A DNA stretch of 18,792 nucleotides from Candidatus Aenigmatarchaeota archaeon. GTDB lineage: Archaea; Aenigmatarchaeota; Aenigmatarchaeia; JACPZZ01. The notes below the pieces were generated by a model, which saw only the letters and a program-made list of their open reading frames with translations, had not been told where the DNA came from and searched no databases. The stretch covers positions 1 to 18,792 of the forward strand of contig JACQNY010000111.1 in NCBI GenBank assembly GCA_016202795.1, read 5' to 3'. Below, piece after piece: positions 1-8,711 of this stretch; position 1 is the first letter of the stretch, and each line of letters begins with the position of its first letter. The translations under genes and the position numbers were made by a program.

Positions 1-10
1 TAGGCGGGAA

Positions 11-27
11 GAAACCTTATATACATA
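11..27 (+). promoter_or_regulatory. Putative archaeal BRE/TATA promoter for the S26e gene
   Basis: Sequence GAAACCTTATATACATA lies about 30-40 nt upstream of the ATG at 53, the expected place for an archaeal box A with a short leader. Confidence 0.55.
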
Positions 28-52
28 GCTTACAAAATTTGTTTGATAAATC

Positions 53-355
53 ATGCCTATATCATCAGCTCCCTACACTAGGAAGTATGCACACACAAAA
101 ACCAGGGGCGCGGAAACAAACGTAACCTGCGGATTCTGCGGTCGGCTGGTTCCTCGTTACAAGACATTTATCAAATACCGCGGCTTCCGCATAACAGACC
201 CTGGAATTCTAAAATCCGTGGATCCTATGTACGTTTCTGTTTACTCTCAAAAGGTCTATGCTTGTCCGAGCTGCGCCCGCCACCGCGGAATTGTCAAACC
301 CGGTAAAAGCGTACGCAAGAAACATCACCACACAATTGCAAGGCCGATGGGCTAA
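53..355 (+). CDS. rps26e: 30S ribosomal protein S26e
   Basis: 100-aa ORF with CGFCGRLVPRYK...YACPSCARHRGIVK, matching the S26e zinc-binding pattern (CxxCGRLVPxDK ... YCxSCAxHxxVV). Confidence 0.88.
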   Translation: MPISSAPYTRKYAHTKTRGAETNVTCGFCGRLVPRYKTFIKYRGFRITDPGILKSVDPMYVSVYSQKVYACPSCARHRGIVKPGKSVRKKHHHTIARPMG

Positions 356-419
356 ATAGCATCTGTTTTAGTTACCAGTAATTCTTAATAGCCCCCAAAC
401 CGAATATTATTCAGGTACC

Positions 420-2132
420 ATGTTTAACTTACGAGGCTCGTTGCGCAGAAAGCTTTTCAAACCTGAACAAAAGGGGCTGGTCTACGACACCGTCTACCCT
501 ATTTTCACCAAGAAGCAAAAGGCGCCTCTTGTTATAACAAGCCTGTCCGAACACGTCCACGAGATCAATATTAGTTACCCTTTGATAGACCCGTTTCTCT
601 ACGCAAACATAGCTTGGGACAAAGAGAAAAGCGAACTCGTCTACAGTGTTGTGGAGCCTTCGCTCACTGACGCGGACAGGAAGATAATAGACGAAATAAC
701 CGAAGACTTGATGGAACTGCTTGAGATCGAGTTATCAGCGATTACCAAAAAAGCCGAGGCTGTGAAATATCTGGAAGAGCACGTGAAAAGGATAATAGCC
801 GAGGCTGGGATAGACGTTCCCAAGCACAAATACGGAAAGATATTCTATTACATCTACCGTAACTTTATAGGTCTTAACGAAATAGAGCCTCTCATGAATG
901 ACCCGCGAATCGAGGACATAGGCTGCGACGGCGTGGGTGTTCCTATCTACATTGTACACAGGGTTTTTGGCTCGATAAAAACAAACATAAAATTTGACAA
1001 TCTGGAAGTTTTAAGAAACCTTGTGATTAAAATCGCTGAACGCTGCGGCCGCTATATAAGCTACGCTGAACCGATACTTGATGGAAGCTTGCCCGACGGA
1101 TCAAGGGCGCATGCCTCCTTATCATCAGACGTGACAACGCACGGCCCGACCCTGTCGATAAGAAAATTCAAGGAAGACCCGTTCTCGCCCGTGGATATAA
1201 TCGGCGTCGGAACTGCTTCCCCGGAATTGTTATCTTACCTATGGACCGCTGTAGAACATGGCTCAAGCATTCTGATCTGCGGCGGCGTTGCGACCGGCAA
1301 AACTTCTCTGTTAAACTGCCTGTCAATGTTCATAAAACCCGAGCAAAAGATAGTTACGATTGAAGACACGCGAGAATTAAGCTTGCCTCACGAAAACTGG
1401 ATACCGAGCGTTTCGCGAACAGGTTTCGGAGTTCCGACAGCAACCGGCGAAAAATACGGCGAGGTCAGCTTGTTTGATTTACTAAAAGGCTCCTTCCGTG
1501 AAAATCCGGATTACGTCATAGTGGGCGAAGTGCGGGGTAAAGAGGCCTACGTAATGTTCCAGGGAATGGCGTCAGGTCACCCGTCAATGACAACAATGCA
1601 TGCAGACTCTGTCGAAGGCGTTATCAGGCGATTAATAACCCCGCCCATAGAACTTCCGGCATCGCTTATAGAATCCCTTGACATGATCATTGTCCTGTCC
1701 CACGCCCGCGAAATCGGAAAGTCCGCAAGGCGTATAAACGAGATCGACGAGGTAGAGTCGATGGACCCGGTCACCGGGAAAGTTCACCATGTAAAAGCTT
1801 ACGCATGGGACCCGATCACTGACACGTTCCAGAAAAAAGAGGACAGCGTGCTGTTAAGGAGGATCGGATCCAAGATGGGCGTTTCCTATGAATCGTTAAT
1901 CGCCGACCTAAAACAAAAGGAAAACGTGATAAGCTGGCTTCTTGAAAAAAAGGTTTCCAAATTCGAAGATGTCGCGAACATGGTCAACCTCTATTATAAG
2001 GACAGGCACGCCCTCATGGATTGGGTGGATAAAAAAATGGAACCCTACTCGACAATCAGCAAAGAGGACATCAAAAATATGAGAACAACCGCGTCGGGCA
2101 TGAGGATTCTGGGCGAAAAAATACCCGCCTGA
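420..2132 (+). CDS. Type II/IV secretion system (GspE/ArlI/PilB-like) ATPase, archaeal pilus assembly
   Basis: 570 aa. Walker A GGVATGKTSLLNCL, followed by IVTIEDTRELSLPHENW, then the FRENPDYVIVGEVRGKEAYVMFQGMASGHPSMTTMHADS block typical of the family. Confidence 0.93.
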   Translation: MFNLRGSLRRKLFKPEQKGLVYDTVYPIFTKKQKAPLVITSLSEHVHEINISYPLIDPFLYANIAWDKEKSELVYSVVEPSLTDADRKIIDEITEDLMELLEIELSAITKKAEAVKYLEEHVKRIIAEAGIDVPKHKYGKIFYYIYRNFIGLNEIEPLMNDPRIEDIGCDGVGVPIYIVHRVFGSIKTNIKFDNLEVLRNLVIKIAERCGRYISYAEPILDGSLPDGSRAHASLSSDVTTHGPTLSIRKFKEDPFSPVDIIGVGTASPELLSYLWTAVEHGSSILICGGVATGKTSLLNCLSMFIKPEQKIVTIEDTRELSLPHENWIPSVSRTGFGVPTATGEKYGEVSLFDLLKGSFRENPDYVIVGEVRGKEAYVMFQGMASGHPSMTTMHADSVEGVIRRLITPPIELPASLIESLDMIIVLSHAREIGKSARRINEIDEVESMDPVTGKVHHVKAYAWDPITDTFQKKEDSVLLRRIGSKMGVSYESLIADLKQKENVISWLLEKKVSKFEDVANMVNLYYKDRHALMDWVDKKMEPYSTISKEDIKNMRTTASGMRILGEKIPA

Positions 2133-2181
2133 TCAACGAAAAATTGATTATATGGAATTACAATACTAATTAAGTGATCTG

Positions 2182-2868
2182 ATGGACCGCACAATAACCG
2201 GCATAAACGGCTTCGACGAAATGATAACGGGCGGCCTGCCTAAAAACTCTTTGACGCTTCTTACAGGCACGTGCGGCACTGGCAAAACAACCTTCTGCGC
2301 CCAATTTCTCTACAACGGCGCTACGAGATTCGGCGAGAAAGGCGTTTACATTTCGTTTGAGGAAAGCCCGGAAATAGTAAAGATGGACATGAAACAATTC
2401 GGGATGGACTTTGACGCGCTTGAAGCGGAGAGAAAAGTTATTTTCATAAAATACGACCCTTACCACATAGAGGACATATTCGACATCATAGAATCCAACG
2501 TGCGTTTAACCGGCGCAACGCGGGTTTGCATAGACTCCATATCAGCGCTCGGTCTGTATGTGCGCGACATCCCGGAACTGAGAAGAATGATATTCAACCT
2601 GGGTATGACACTTCGCAAATTAAACTGCACATCGATCATCACCTCTGAAATACCGCCCGGAGCTTCAGGAATCTCGCGCTTCGGTGTCGAGGAATTTATC
2701 AGCGACAGCGTTATAGTTTTGTATTACTTCAAGTCGGAAACAACATTCACACGCGCTATAACCATCTGGAAGATGCGTGCAACCAACCACTCTAAGAAAA
2801 TTCATCCTTACGAAATCAACGAAACAGGCTTTGTTACATATCCGCAGGAAGAGGCTGTGATGAAATAA
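2182..2868 (+). CDS. KaiC/RAD55-like RecA-superfamily ATPase (adjacent to pilus ATPase)
   Basis: 228 aa. TGINGFDEMITGGLPKNSLTLLTGTCGTGKTTFCAQFLYNG, ISFEESPE with catalytic EE, and Walker B RVCIDSIS. Confidence 0.9.
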   Translation: MDRTITGINGFDEMITGGLPKNSLTLLTGTCGTGKTTFCAQFLYNGATRFGEKGVYISFEESPEIVKMDMKQFGMDFDALEAERKVIFIKYDPYHIEDIFDIIESNVRLTGATRVCIDSISALGLYVRDIPELRRMIFNLGMTLRKLNCTSIITSEIPPGASGISRFGVEEFISDSVIVLYYFKSETTFTRAITIWKMRATNHSKKIHPYEINETGFVTYPQEEAVMK

Positions 2869-2958
2869 CAACTCTTACGCAAGTTTTACAAGGAAACGCG
2901 TAAAAAGGGGAAATAACAATTTTAAGCAGCCGCGGATACTATAGTTATATAGATTCTG

Positions 2959-3834
2959 ATGCCCACCAAGCTGATTTCAATTGCAACAAACACCTTCGGC
3001 TGGATACCGGAAAAATTCGAAAAGGAATTGCAGCCTGTTAAAACAGGATTGGAAAAATCCGGGATGAGATACCTGCTCAAGACCTGGGTTTCCATATCCG
3101 CGGCTGTCGGTTTAGGAGCTGCGATATTTTCTCTGTTGCTGATGGGTTTTCTTTCGATCATCCTTAAAATGGAATTCGCAAACATCATGCTGTTCGCAAT
3201 ACTTCTTCCGCCGCTTTTCGGCGCGTCGGCTTTCCTTGGCATGACGTTTTATCCTTACCAGAAAGCGCTGTCAAGGAAAAGGTCAATTGACACAAACCTC
3301 CCGTTTGCGTTGAACCACATGGCCGCAATCGCGGCATCGGGCGTTCCCACATATGTAATGTTTAGCCTGCTGACCGCATTCAAGGAGTACGGCGAGATCT
3401 CAGCCGAGGCGAAAAAAATCATCCGTAACGTCGACACGTTCGGGCTGAGTATAACCAGTTCTATCCAGCAAGTGTCTGAAAGAACGCCGTCGAAAAATTT
3501 CAAGCAGCTCCTCGAAGGGATAAAATCCAGCATTGAGACCGGGGGCGATTTGAAAAAATTTCTCAGCGACCAGGCCAAAAGCTCCCTTTTCGACTACAGG
3601 ATAAAAAGGGAAAAATATATGGAGCTGCTCGCTACGTACGCGGACTTTTACACTGCAATGTTGATCGCGGCCCCGCTGTTCCTTGTTGCGATATTGACTG
3701 TCATGAACATGATAGGTGGCGCAGTTGCAGGCGCGTCAATAGAAAGCGTCATGGTTCTGGGTATTTTCGTGGCTCTTCCGCTAATGAATATAATATTTTT
3801 GGCGTTCGTCCACATCACGCAGCCTGAGGTCTAA
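2959..3834 (+). CDS. T2SF/TadC/ArlJ-like pilus assembly inner-membrane protein (single T2SF domain)
   Basis: 291 aa. Hydrophobic segments and a T2SF-like core (FALNHMAAIAASGVPTYVMFSLLTAFKEYGEISAEAKKIIRNVDTFGLSITSSIQQVSERTPS), placed directly after the secretion ATPase and KaiC-like genes. Confidence 0.8.
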   Translation: MPTKLISIATNTFGWIPEKFEKELQPVKTGLEKSGMRYLLKTWVSISAAVGLGAAIFSLLLMGFLSIILKMEFANIMLFAILLPPLFGASAFLGMTFYPYQKALSRKRSIDTNLPFALNHMAAIAASGVPTYVMFSLLTAFKEYGEISAEAKKIIRNVDTFGLSITSSIQQVSERTPSKNFKQLLEGIKSSIETGGDLKKFLSDQAKSSLFDYRIKREKYMELLATYADFYTAMLIAAPLFLVAILTVMNMIGGAVAGASIESVMVLGIFVALPLMNIIFLAFVHITQPEV

Positions 3835-3836
3835 AT

Positions 3837-4706
3837 ATGCCGCTAAAGAAAAAAGGTCTAATAAACTGGGTATTGCGAAACAAGAAAAAAACCGCGATAA
3901 TCGGCGGCTCGCTGATAGCCGCGCTTATAGTTACCGCGATAAACTTCCTTTACTTCACGCACAACGCGACAATTTTCCAGGTTCTCGGCTCGCTTGCTGT
4001 CTTTTTGTCGTTGGGCCCCCCGTTGGCAACCAGCTATTCAGAATATTCGAGGGCAAGGGAAATAGAAAACATTTTTCCGTTGTACATAACCGATGTGGTC
4101 GACGGCGTGCGCGCGGGCATGACACTGCCGATCGCGATGAAGGCTGCCGCGAAACACGATTACGGTAAACTTAACAAGTCGGTCAGGCAGATGTCCGCGC
4201 AGATGGATTGGGGCGTGCCTTTCGATGATGTTTTGCGCGCGTTCTCCGAGTCTGCTGGCACGCCTCTGATAAAGCGTACCGTGGCAACAATAATCGAAAC
4301 CCACAGGTCTGGCGGCAATATCGTTGAGGTTTTGCAGGCCATATCGGGCGCGATATTGGAGGTGAATAAAATAAAATCCGAACGCGCCTCACACATTTAC
4401 GGACAAATGATCACAGGCTACACAATATTTTTCGTGTTTCTGGCCGTACTTATCGGCCTTCAGAAATTTTTGTTGCCGTCGCTATCCGGTCTGGGCGGCA
4501 GTCTGGAAGGCGGCCTTTCAAGCAATACTAATGCAGCCTTGTATGATTTGATGTTCGCTTCGATGATAATAATCCAGGGAACATTCTCAGGCCTGGCAAT
4601 AGGCAAAATGGCTGAAGGGTCTTTGTTCGGCGGGCTTAAACACTCCGTTGCTTTAGTGTCGATAGGCTACGGCGCATGGGTCGCGGCCGGCGCGTTTGTA
4701 GTTTAA
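3837..4706 (+). CDS. Second T2SF/TadC/ArlJ-like pilus assembly membrane protein
   Basis: 289 aa. LFPLYITDVVDGVRAGMTLPIAMKAAAKHDYGKLNKSVRQMSAQMDWGVPFDDVLRAFSESAGTPLIKRTVATIIETHRSGGNIVEVLQAISG is a typical T2SF domain. Its ATG is 2 nt after the previous stop codon. Confidence 0.85.
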   Translation: MPLKKKGLINWVLRNKKKTAIIGGSLIAALIVTAINFLYFTHNATIFQVLGSLAVFLSLGPPLATSYSEYSRAREIENIFPLYITDVVDGVRAGMTLPIAMKAAAKHDYGKLNKSVRQMSAQMDWGVPFDDVLRAFSESAGTPLIKRTVATIIETHRSGGNIVEVLQAISGAILEVNKIKSERASHIYGQMITGYTIFFVFLAVLIGLQKFLLPSLSGLGGSLEGGLSSNTNAALYDLMFASMIIIQGTFSGLAIGKMAEGSLFGGLKHSVALVSIGYGAWVAAGAFVV

Positions 4707-4748
4707 TATCCTATCGTCGGGGGAATAGCAAGAATAAAATTAAAACGG

Positions 4749-5210
4749 TTACAAAAATTTTATATCTCTTGACTCTATGGTCGCGGTCGAAGCCGCATTG
4801 GAACCGCTGCAGTTATGCGGTATCCGAACTCTCGTTATCGCATTGCTGTCAACGCTTGTGTTGCTAACCGACACTGGCACGCCCGGCGCTAAACTAAGGT
4901 TGGCAGGCGCAATGATATACTCTGCGCTGCTGCCGTTGTTGAAAAGCACTATCATCTTGAAATCTCCTAATGGCACGTTACCTTGGTTAATGACCTCGGT
5001 TGAGAACCTCTTTACTGTGGAATTGTAGACTGGTGTTTCAAACGCTAACCATGCAGACGAACAGCCAACCTGTTTCGAACCTTTTTCATTAAGCGTTTGC
5101 GTTTGTGTGCGCGAATAATCGAGAACCCAGTTGCTCAATATAATTGCTACCGCCATTGTGAACGCGACCAGAAGAACCGTGGCTATCAATGGCGAAATGC
5201 CTTTTCTCAT
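4749..5210 (-). CDS. Archaeal type IV pilin (class III signal peptide)
   Basis: Start chosen at the internal ATG at 5210: MRKG|ISPLIATVLLVAFTMAVAIILSNW. The 39-aa upstream extension in the ORF track precedes a perfect pilin leader and is unlikely. Confidence 0.85.
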   Translation of the reverse strand: MRKGISPLIATVLLVAFTMAVAIILSNWVLDYSRTQTQTLNEKGSKQVGCSSAWLAFETPVYNSTVKRFSTEVINQGNVPLGDFKMIVLFNNGSSAEYIIAPANLSLAPGVPVSVSNTSVDSNAITRVRIPHNCSGSNAASTATIESRDIKFL

Positions 5211-5254
5211 ATTATTAATTGGTTTATCGGTCCAATAAATAGTTTGTTTTTTTT

Positions 5255-5752
5255 CTAAAGGCTTGTCACAGTCCCGACAACAGTATACCTGCTCTGGCAC
5301 AGGGCTGTGACGCGAACTTCGCGCCAAGTTACGCCGGAAGGGACAATCCCGCTCAATATATAATTGTTAAGTTTGACAGAAGAACCGACTGCTAAATTCC
5401 TGACCGTTGCGTCTATGTTTGGCACTGTATTATTCGTATAGGTAACGCCGTTTGCGTCTCTGACAGTAACGCCTGTAATGTTTAACGTCTCCGTACCGCT
5501 GGAATATGTTATTGTCACATTAAACCTGCTGCCGTCGTTAGTGCTGTTGCCCAGAACCGAAACGTCGTCCCTGTCAATGGAAAGCGTTGAATACGCGCAT
5601 AAAGTCTGCTGATCCCCGCGCTGCCCTATTGTTTCGGTCTGCTGCTGCGTAAAACCTGTTATCCACGTAACTATGACCGCTGCAACAGCCATGGTAAATC
5701 CTACCAGTAAAACAGAAGCGATCAACGGGTTGAGGCCTTTCGCATTTCTCAT
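5255..5752 (-). CDS. Archaeal type IV pilin (class III signal peptide)
   Basis: MRNAKG|LNPLIASVLLVGFTMAVAAVIVTWITGFTQQQTETIGQRG; clear paralogue of the 5767..6243 product. Ends with TAG. Confidence 0.88.
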   Translation of the reverse strand: MRNAKGLNPLIASVLLVGFTMAVAAVIVTWITGFTQQQTETIGQRGDQQTLCAYSTLSIDRDDVSVLGNSTNDGSRFNVTITYSSGTETLNITGVTVRDANGVTYTNNTVPNIDATVRNLAVGSSVKLNNYILSGIVPSGVTWREVRVTALCQSRYTVVGTVTSL

Positions 5753-5766
5753 TTTATATCATGAAC

Positions 5767-6243
5767 CTAGAACTTGACCGTGCCGGTAACAACGTACTGG
5801 CTCTGGCACAAACCAGTTACTTTAAACTCTGCAAGCGCGACCCCACCTGGTATAACAGCGTTATTTGTAAGGTTATAATTGATAAACTTGCGCGACTCGC
5901 CGACAGCCCAGTTCAATCCTGTCGCGCTCGACCCGAGCGGGGTAATATTCGTGTATGTGACGCCGTTTGCATCCCTTAATGTGAAGCCAGTGATATTCAA
6001 AGTTTCGGTCCCGCCGGAATATGTTACTGTAACATTGAAGTTTGTACCAGTCGCGCTGACATCGTCCCTGTCAACTGACAGAACAGAGTAACCGCACAAA
6101 ACCTGGCGCTCGCCGCGCGTGCCTATGTTGGATGTCTGCTGCTGCGTAAAACCTGTTATCCACGTAACTATTATCGCAGCTACTGCCATTGTAAACGCTA
6201 CTAAAAGAACAGACGCGATAAGCGGGGACAAGCCTTTTCTCAT
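5767..6243 (-). CDS. Archaeal type IV pilin (class III signal peptide)
   Basis: MRKG|LSPLIASVLLVAFTMAVAAIIVTWITGFTQQQTSNIGTRG; AAAGGAG Shine-Dalgarno-like sequence upstream. Ends with TAG. Confidence 0.9.
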   Translation of the reverse strand: MRKGLSPLIASVLLVAFTMAVAAIIVTWITGFTQQQTSNIGTRGERQVLCGYSVLSVDRDDVSATGTNFNVTVTYSGGTETLNITGFTLRDANGVTYTNITPLGSSATGLNWAVGESRKFINYNLTNNAVIPGGVALAEFKVTGLCQSQYVVTGTVKF

Positions 6244-6291
6244 TTTTTTCTCCTTTGATATTATTATGCCGGAATCCTATTTAAACATTGT

Positions 6292-6753
6292 TTAAACAGT
6301 TTTATCGACAAATGAATACTCGGGACAGTTCGAAACCACGCGGAATCTGGTTATATTCGAAACTCCGTTGACTATGAACGATCTTGGCTCGCCGGCCGGC
6401 AGCGTGGTGTTTTGTTTGCCTATAACGCTGTTATCCGTATCTAGGGAAATGCGGCCTATGCCGCTGCCGTTGTAAAGGAATAACGTGAAATTCTGCAGTC
6501 CGATCCTTCCGTCGTTGTTTATTATCAGTATAAGCTGGTTGGAATTCTTGTCGTATGTGTAAGTGTCAAGGCTCATTCTGGCGTAAACGCAATTGGCTTC
6601 ATTGCCTTTCGTAGTCAGCGTCGAGGTTTGCTGGGTCATGTATTGGGTAGCCCATGTAGCGAGGATGGCTGCGATTGCCATTGTAAATGATATCAACAGC
6701 ACAGAAGCGACAAGCGGTGAAACGCCTTTTCGGATATCCGCCTTATGAGCCAT
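6292..6753 (-). CDS. Archaeal type IV pilin (class III signal peptide)
   Basis: MAHKADIRKG|VSPLVASVLLISFTMAIAAILATWATQYMTQQ; same leader and hydrophobic segment architecture. Confidence 0.86.
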   Translation of the reverse strand: MAHKADIRKGVSPLVASVLLISFTMAIAAILATWATQYMTQQTSTLTTKGNEANCVYARMSLDTYTYDKNSNQLILIINNDGRIGLQNFTLFLYNGSGIGRISLDTDNSVIGKQNTTLPAGEPRSFIVNGVSNITRFRVVSNCPEYSFVDKTV

Positions 6754-6796
6754 AATATAGTTTTTGCGTTTGTTTCTTAAATATGATTTTTCCTGA

Positions 6797-7117
6797 TTAA
6801 ACGTGCTTCTTGGTTATTTCTATGATCTTTGCGATGTCCCCGTCAGACAAATCAATAACATCCTTCTGGAACAGTATTTTGACCTCTTCGACCGTTTTTG
6901 GCAGGTTGTTTATTATTTTTACAATAAGGTCTTCCCTCAACTTCTCTACAAGTCGCAATTCGCTGGCTATCTTCTCATCGTCTTCCAGTTTCGAGAATTT
7001 TCTAAGGTGTTCTAAGCTCGATTTCTGCTCGTAACTTAGCTCGCCTTCCTTCTCCCTTTCCTCAAGCATCTTCTTTGCCCTCGGATAGGAAACGAATTTT
7101 TCCTCAACAATCTTCAT
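6797..7117 (-). CDS. rpoF: DNA-directed RNA polymerase subunit F (Rpo4/RpoF, Rpb4-like)
   Basis: 106 aa with LSYEQKSSLEHLRKFSKLEDDEKIASELRLVEKL...LPKTVEEVKILFQKDVIDLSDGDIAKIIEIT. Overlaps the L21e stop in ATGA, matching conserved archaeal L21e-rpoF synteny. Confidence 0.88.
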   Translation of the reverse strand: MKIVEEKFVSYPRAKKMLEEREKEGELSYEQKSSLEHLRKFSKLEDDEKIASELRLVEKLREDLIVKIINNLPKTVEEVKILFQKDVIDLSDGDIAKIIEITKKHV

Positions 7118-7398
7118 TTTCCGAGCCTCCTGATATGTTCAGGCTTTACGGCCAGCGTTTTCATTTTGTTGCCGTCCATTACGCTGACAATGTATGCGGC
7201 GCCTCTTTTGCCCGAAATCTTGCCCGCCATCCCCTTAAATCTTGGGAACGGCATGCCCTGTGCGGATGCGGAATCGGGCAGTATGACAACAATGTCACCC
7301 TGTTCAAAAGATTGCAAATATCTGGTAATAGGGGTCTTATTATGCTTCTTCAATTTCTTCCTTGTGCCCCAGCGCACGCCGTGCGATCTTGTTACCAT
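7114..7398 (-). CDS. rpl21e: 50S ribosomal protein L21e
   Basis: SHGVRWGTRKKLKKHNKTPITRYLQSFEQGDIVVILPDSASAQGMPFPRFKGMAGKISGKRGAAYIVSV is characteristic of L21e. Confidence 0.94.
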   Translation of the reverse strand: MVTRSHGVRWGTRKKLKKHNKTPITRYLQSFEQGDIVVILPDSASAQGMPFPRFKGMAGKISGKRGAAYIVSVMDGNKMKTLAVKPEHIRRLGK

Positions 7399-7430
7399 GT
7401 TCTCACCTGTTTATTTAGCCGATAAACATA

Positions 7431-8711
7431 TTAAACCTTGATTTTCCCTATCTCAACAACATCCAACGCTTTCACCTTTGCCCTGTTATTTATTATTCCC
7501 GTAAACGACGGCTCAGTGCGCCCGTCATCGCCTGTGACTAGCTCCTTAACGTACATACCGGCCTCTGTCTTTATCAAAAACTCAACCCGCTTCTTCGAAA
7601 TTATGCGGCCTGTTAATTTCAATACCCTCCGCTCCCGGATCAAATCCGCCCTGCGATGCGCGACCCGAACCGGCGTTCGCTGTTTTATCAGGTTTCTGAT
7701 CTTCAAAATTTTCCTGATATCCTCTTTCTTGACAGGTTTTTCAAAATCCACAATAATCCTGTACGTCTTTGTCAGCTTGGCCGCCTTTATTTTCCTCGCC
7801 GTGTCCTTGCCGCAGAACTTTACGAGCCTGACTTTGACGCGTTTGTCTTTGTTTACAATCTTCTCGATATCTTTCAGTTTTATTTTTCTTTTGACAGGAT
7901 CCTTTAATTCCATGACAAACGGCCTCCAGCCCAGGCAGCGCGCGTCGATATCTTCCCGCCCGGCGCCGTGCATGCTGCTGTTTGGCGCGCTAAAGGCACG
8001 CAGCAAAGGTTTTGCTATTATTTCTTCAACTGATGTGGGGTACATTTTGCCTGTATTTTTGCATTTTTTACACCCACTGCCATTGCAATTCCTGCACGGC
8101 CACTTCGTCTGCGGTATCCCGCGCACAAGTTTCTGGTAAAGCCCGTAAATCCAGACCTGTGAAGGTTTTATTTCGATGTTGTTTTTGTCCATATCCAACA
8201 GGACAACAATGTCCGGATTCTCAAAATCCGCTTTTTTTCCGGTTGTTTTTTCGATTAATTTTCCCAATTCCCTGTTTATCTCGGCTTTAATAGGCTCGCA
8301 ATGCTCGGCGCCGATCTCTTCCCATAAAACCTCCTCGCGGCCGGCGATATCGCCGGAAACTTTCGTCCCGACCACAAAATTTTCATACTCAAATTTGGAA
8401 AGCCTGCTCGCGGCTTTCTTAGCGACAACGCCCAGCGCATCAAAAAAATTTCCGCATATCTTGCACACCAGCTTTTGTTTTTCTTTTTTAATTTTGGAGT
8501 TTCTGAAAACGTAGCCGCTTAGGTTGGATGCATCAATTTCTATTTTCCCGTTCCCGTCCTCTGCGAACGCAAAAATATCCCTGATCGCTTTTCCTCTCGC
8601 AGCGTTTGTAGTCCCCTTGGTCAATTGGGCAAACTGGCGCCCGAGACAGTGATCGCAGATGTAGCCGTTTTTCATTATTTGTTTTGCTTTTTCCAAAATC
8701 GAAGTTGTCAT
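7431..8711 (-). CDS. pus10: tRNA pseudouridine(54/55) synthase Pus10
   Basis: 426 aa. N-terminal CDHCLGRQF and CKICG zinc cysteines, WPCRNCNGSGCKKCKNTG, catalytic region SAPNSSMHGAGREDIDARCLGWRPFVMEL, C-terminal HRRADLIRERRVLKL. Confidence 0.94.
   Translation of the reverse strand: MTTSILEKAKQIMKNGYICDHCLGRQFAQLTKGTTNAARGKAIRDIFAFAEDGNGKIEIDASNLSGYVFRNSKIKKEKQKLVCKICGNFFDALGVVAKKAASRLSKFEYENFVVGTKVSGDIAGREEVLWEEIGAEHCEPIKAEINRELGKLIEKTTGKKADFENPDIVVLLDMDKNNIEIKPSQVWIYGLYQKLVRGIPQTKWPCRNCNGSGCKKCKNTGKMYPTSVEEIIAKPLLRAFSAPNSSMHGAGREDIDARCLGWRPFVMELKDPVKRKIKLKDIEKIVNKDKRVKVRLVKFCGKDTARKIKAAKLTKTYRIIVDFEKPVKKEDIRKILKIRNLIKQRTPVRVAHRRADLIRERRVLKLTGRIISKKRVEFLIKTEAGMYVKELVTGDDGRTEPSFTGIINNRAKVKALDVVEIGKIKV

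Noticed and set aside
641-959. Antisense ORFs 641..829 and 735..959 opposite the secretion ATPase
   Set aside because: Low-complexity antisense shadows of a well-supported CDS; no homology-like motifs or start context.
2170-2871. Antisense ORFs 2170..2466, 2460..2642 and 2665..2871
   Set aside because: Lie entirely opposite the KaiC-like CDS; the sense frame is clearly the real gene.
2922-3578. Minus-strand ORFs 2922..3242 and 3255..3578
   Set aside because: Shadow ORFs of the first T2SF gene.
4676-5028. Plus-strand ORFs 4676..4867 and 4777..5028
   Set aside because: Opposite a confident pilin gene or straddling the convergent intergenic region; no domain-like features.
5255-5257. Readthrough of the pilin TAG giving KKNKLFIGPINQLII tail
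   Set aside because: The paralogous pilin ends at the equivalent GTV-x-x position, and the tail is intergenic-like.
5211-5327. 39-aa N-terminal extension of the first pilin, containing YCCRDCDK
   Set aside because: A perfect class III leader MRKG|ISPLIA starts at 5210; the extension overlaps the preceding pilin's 3' end and would block normal signal processing.
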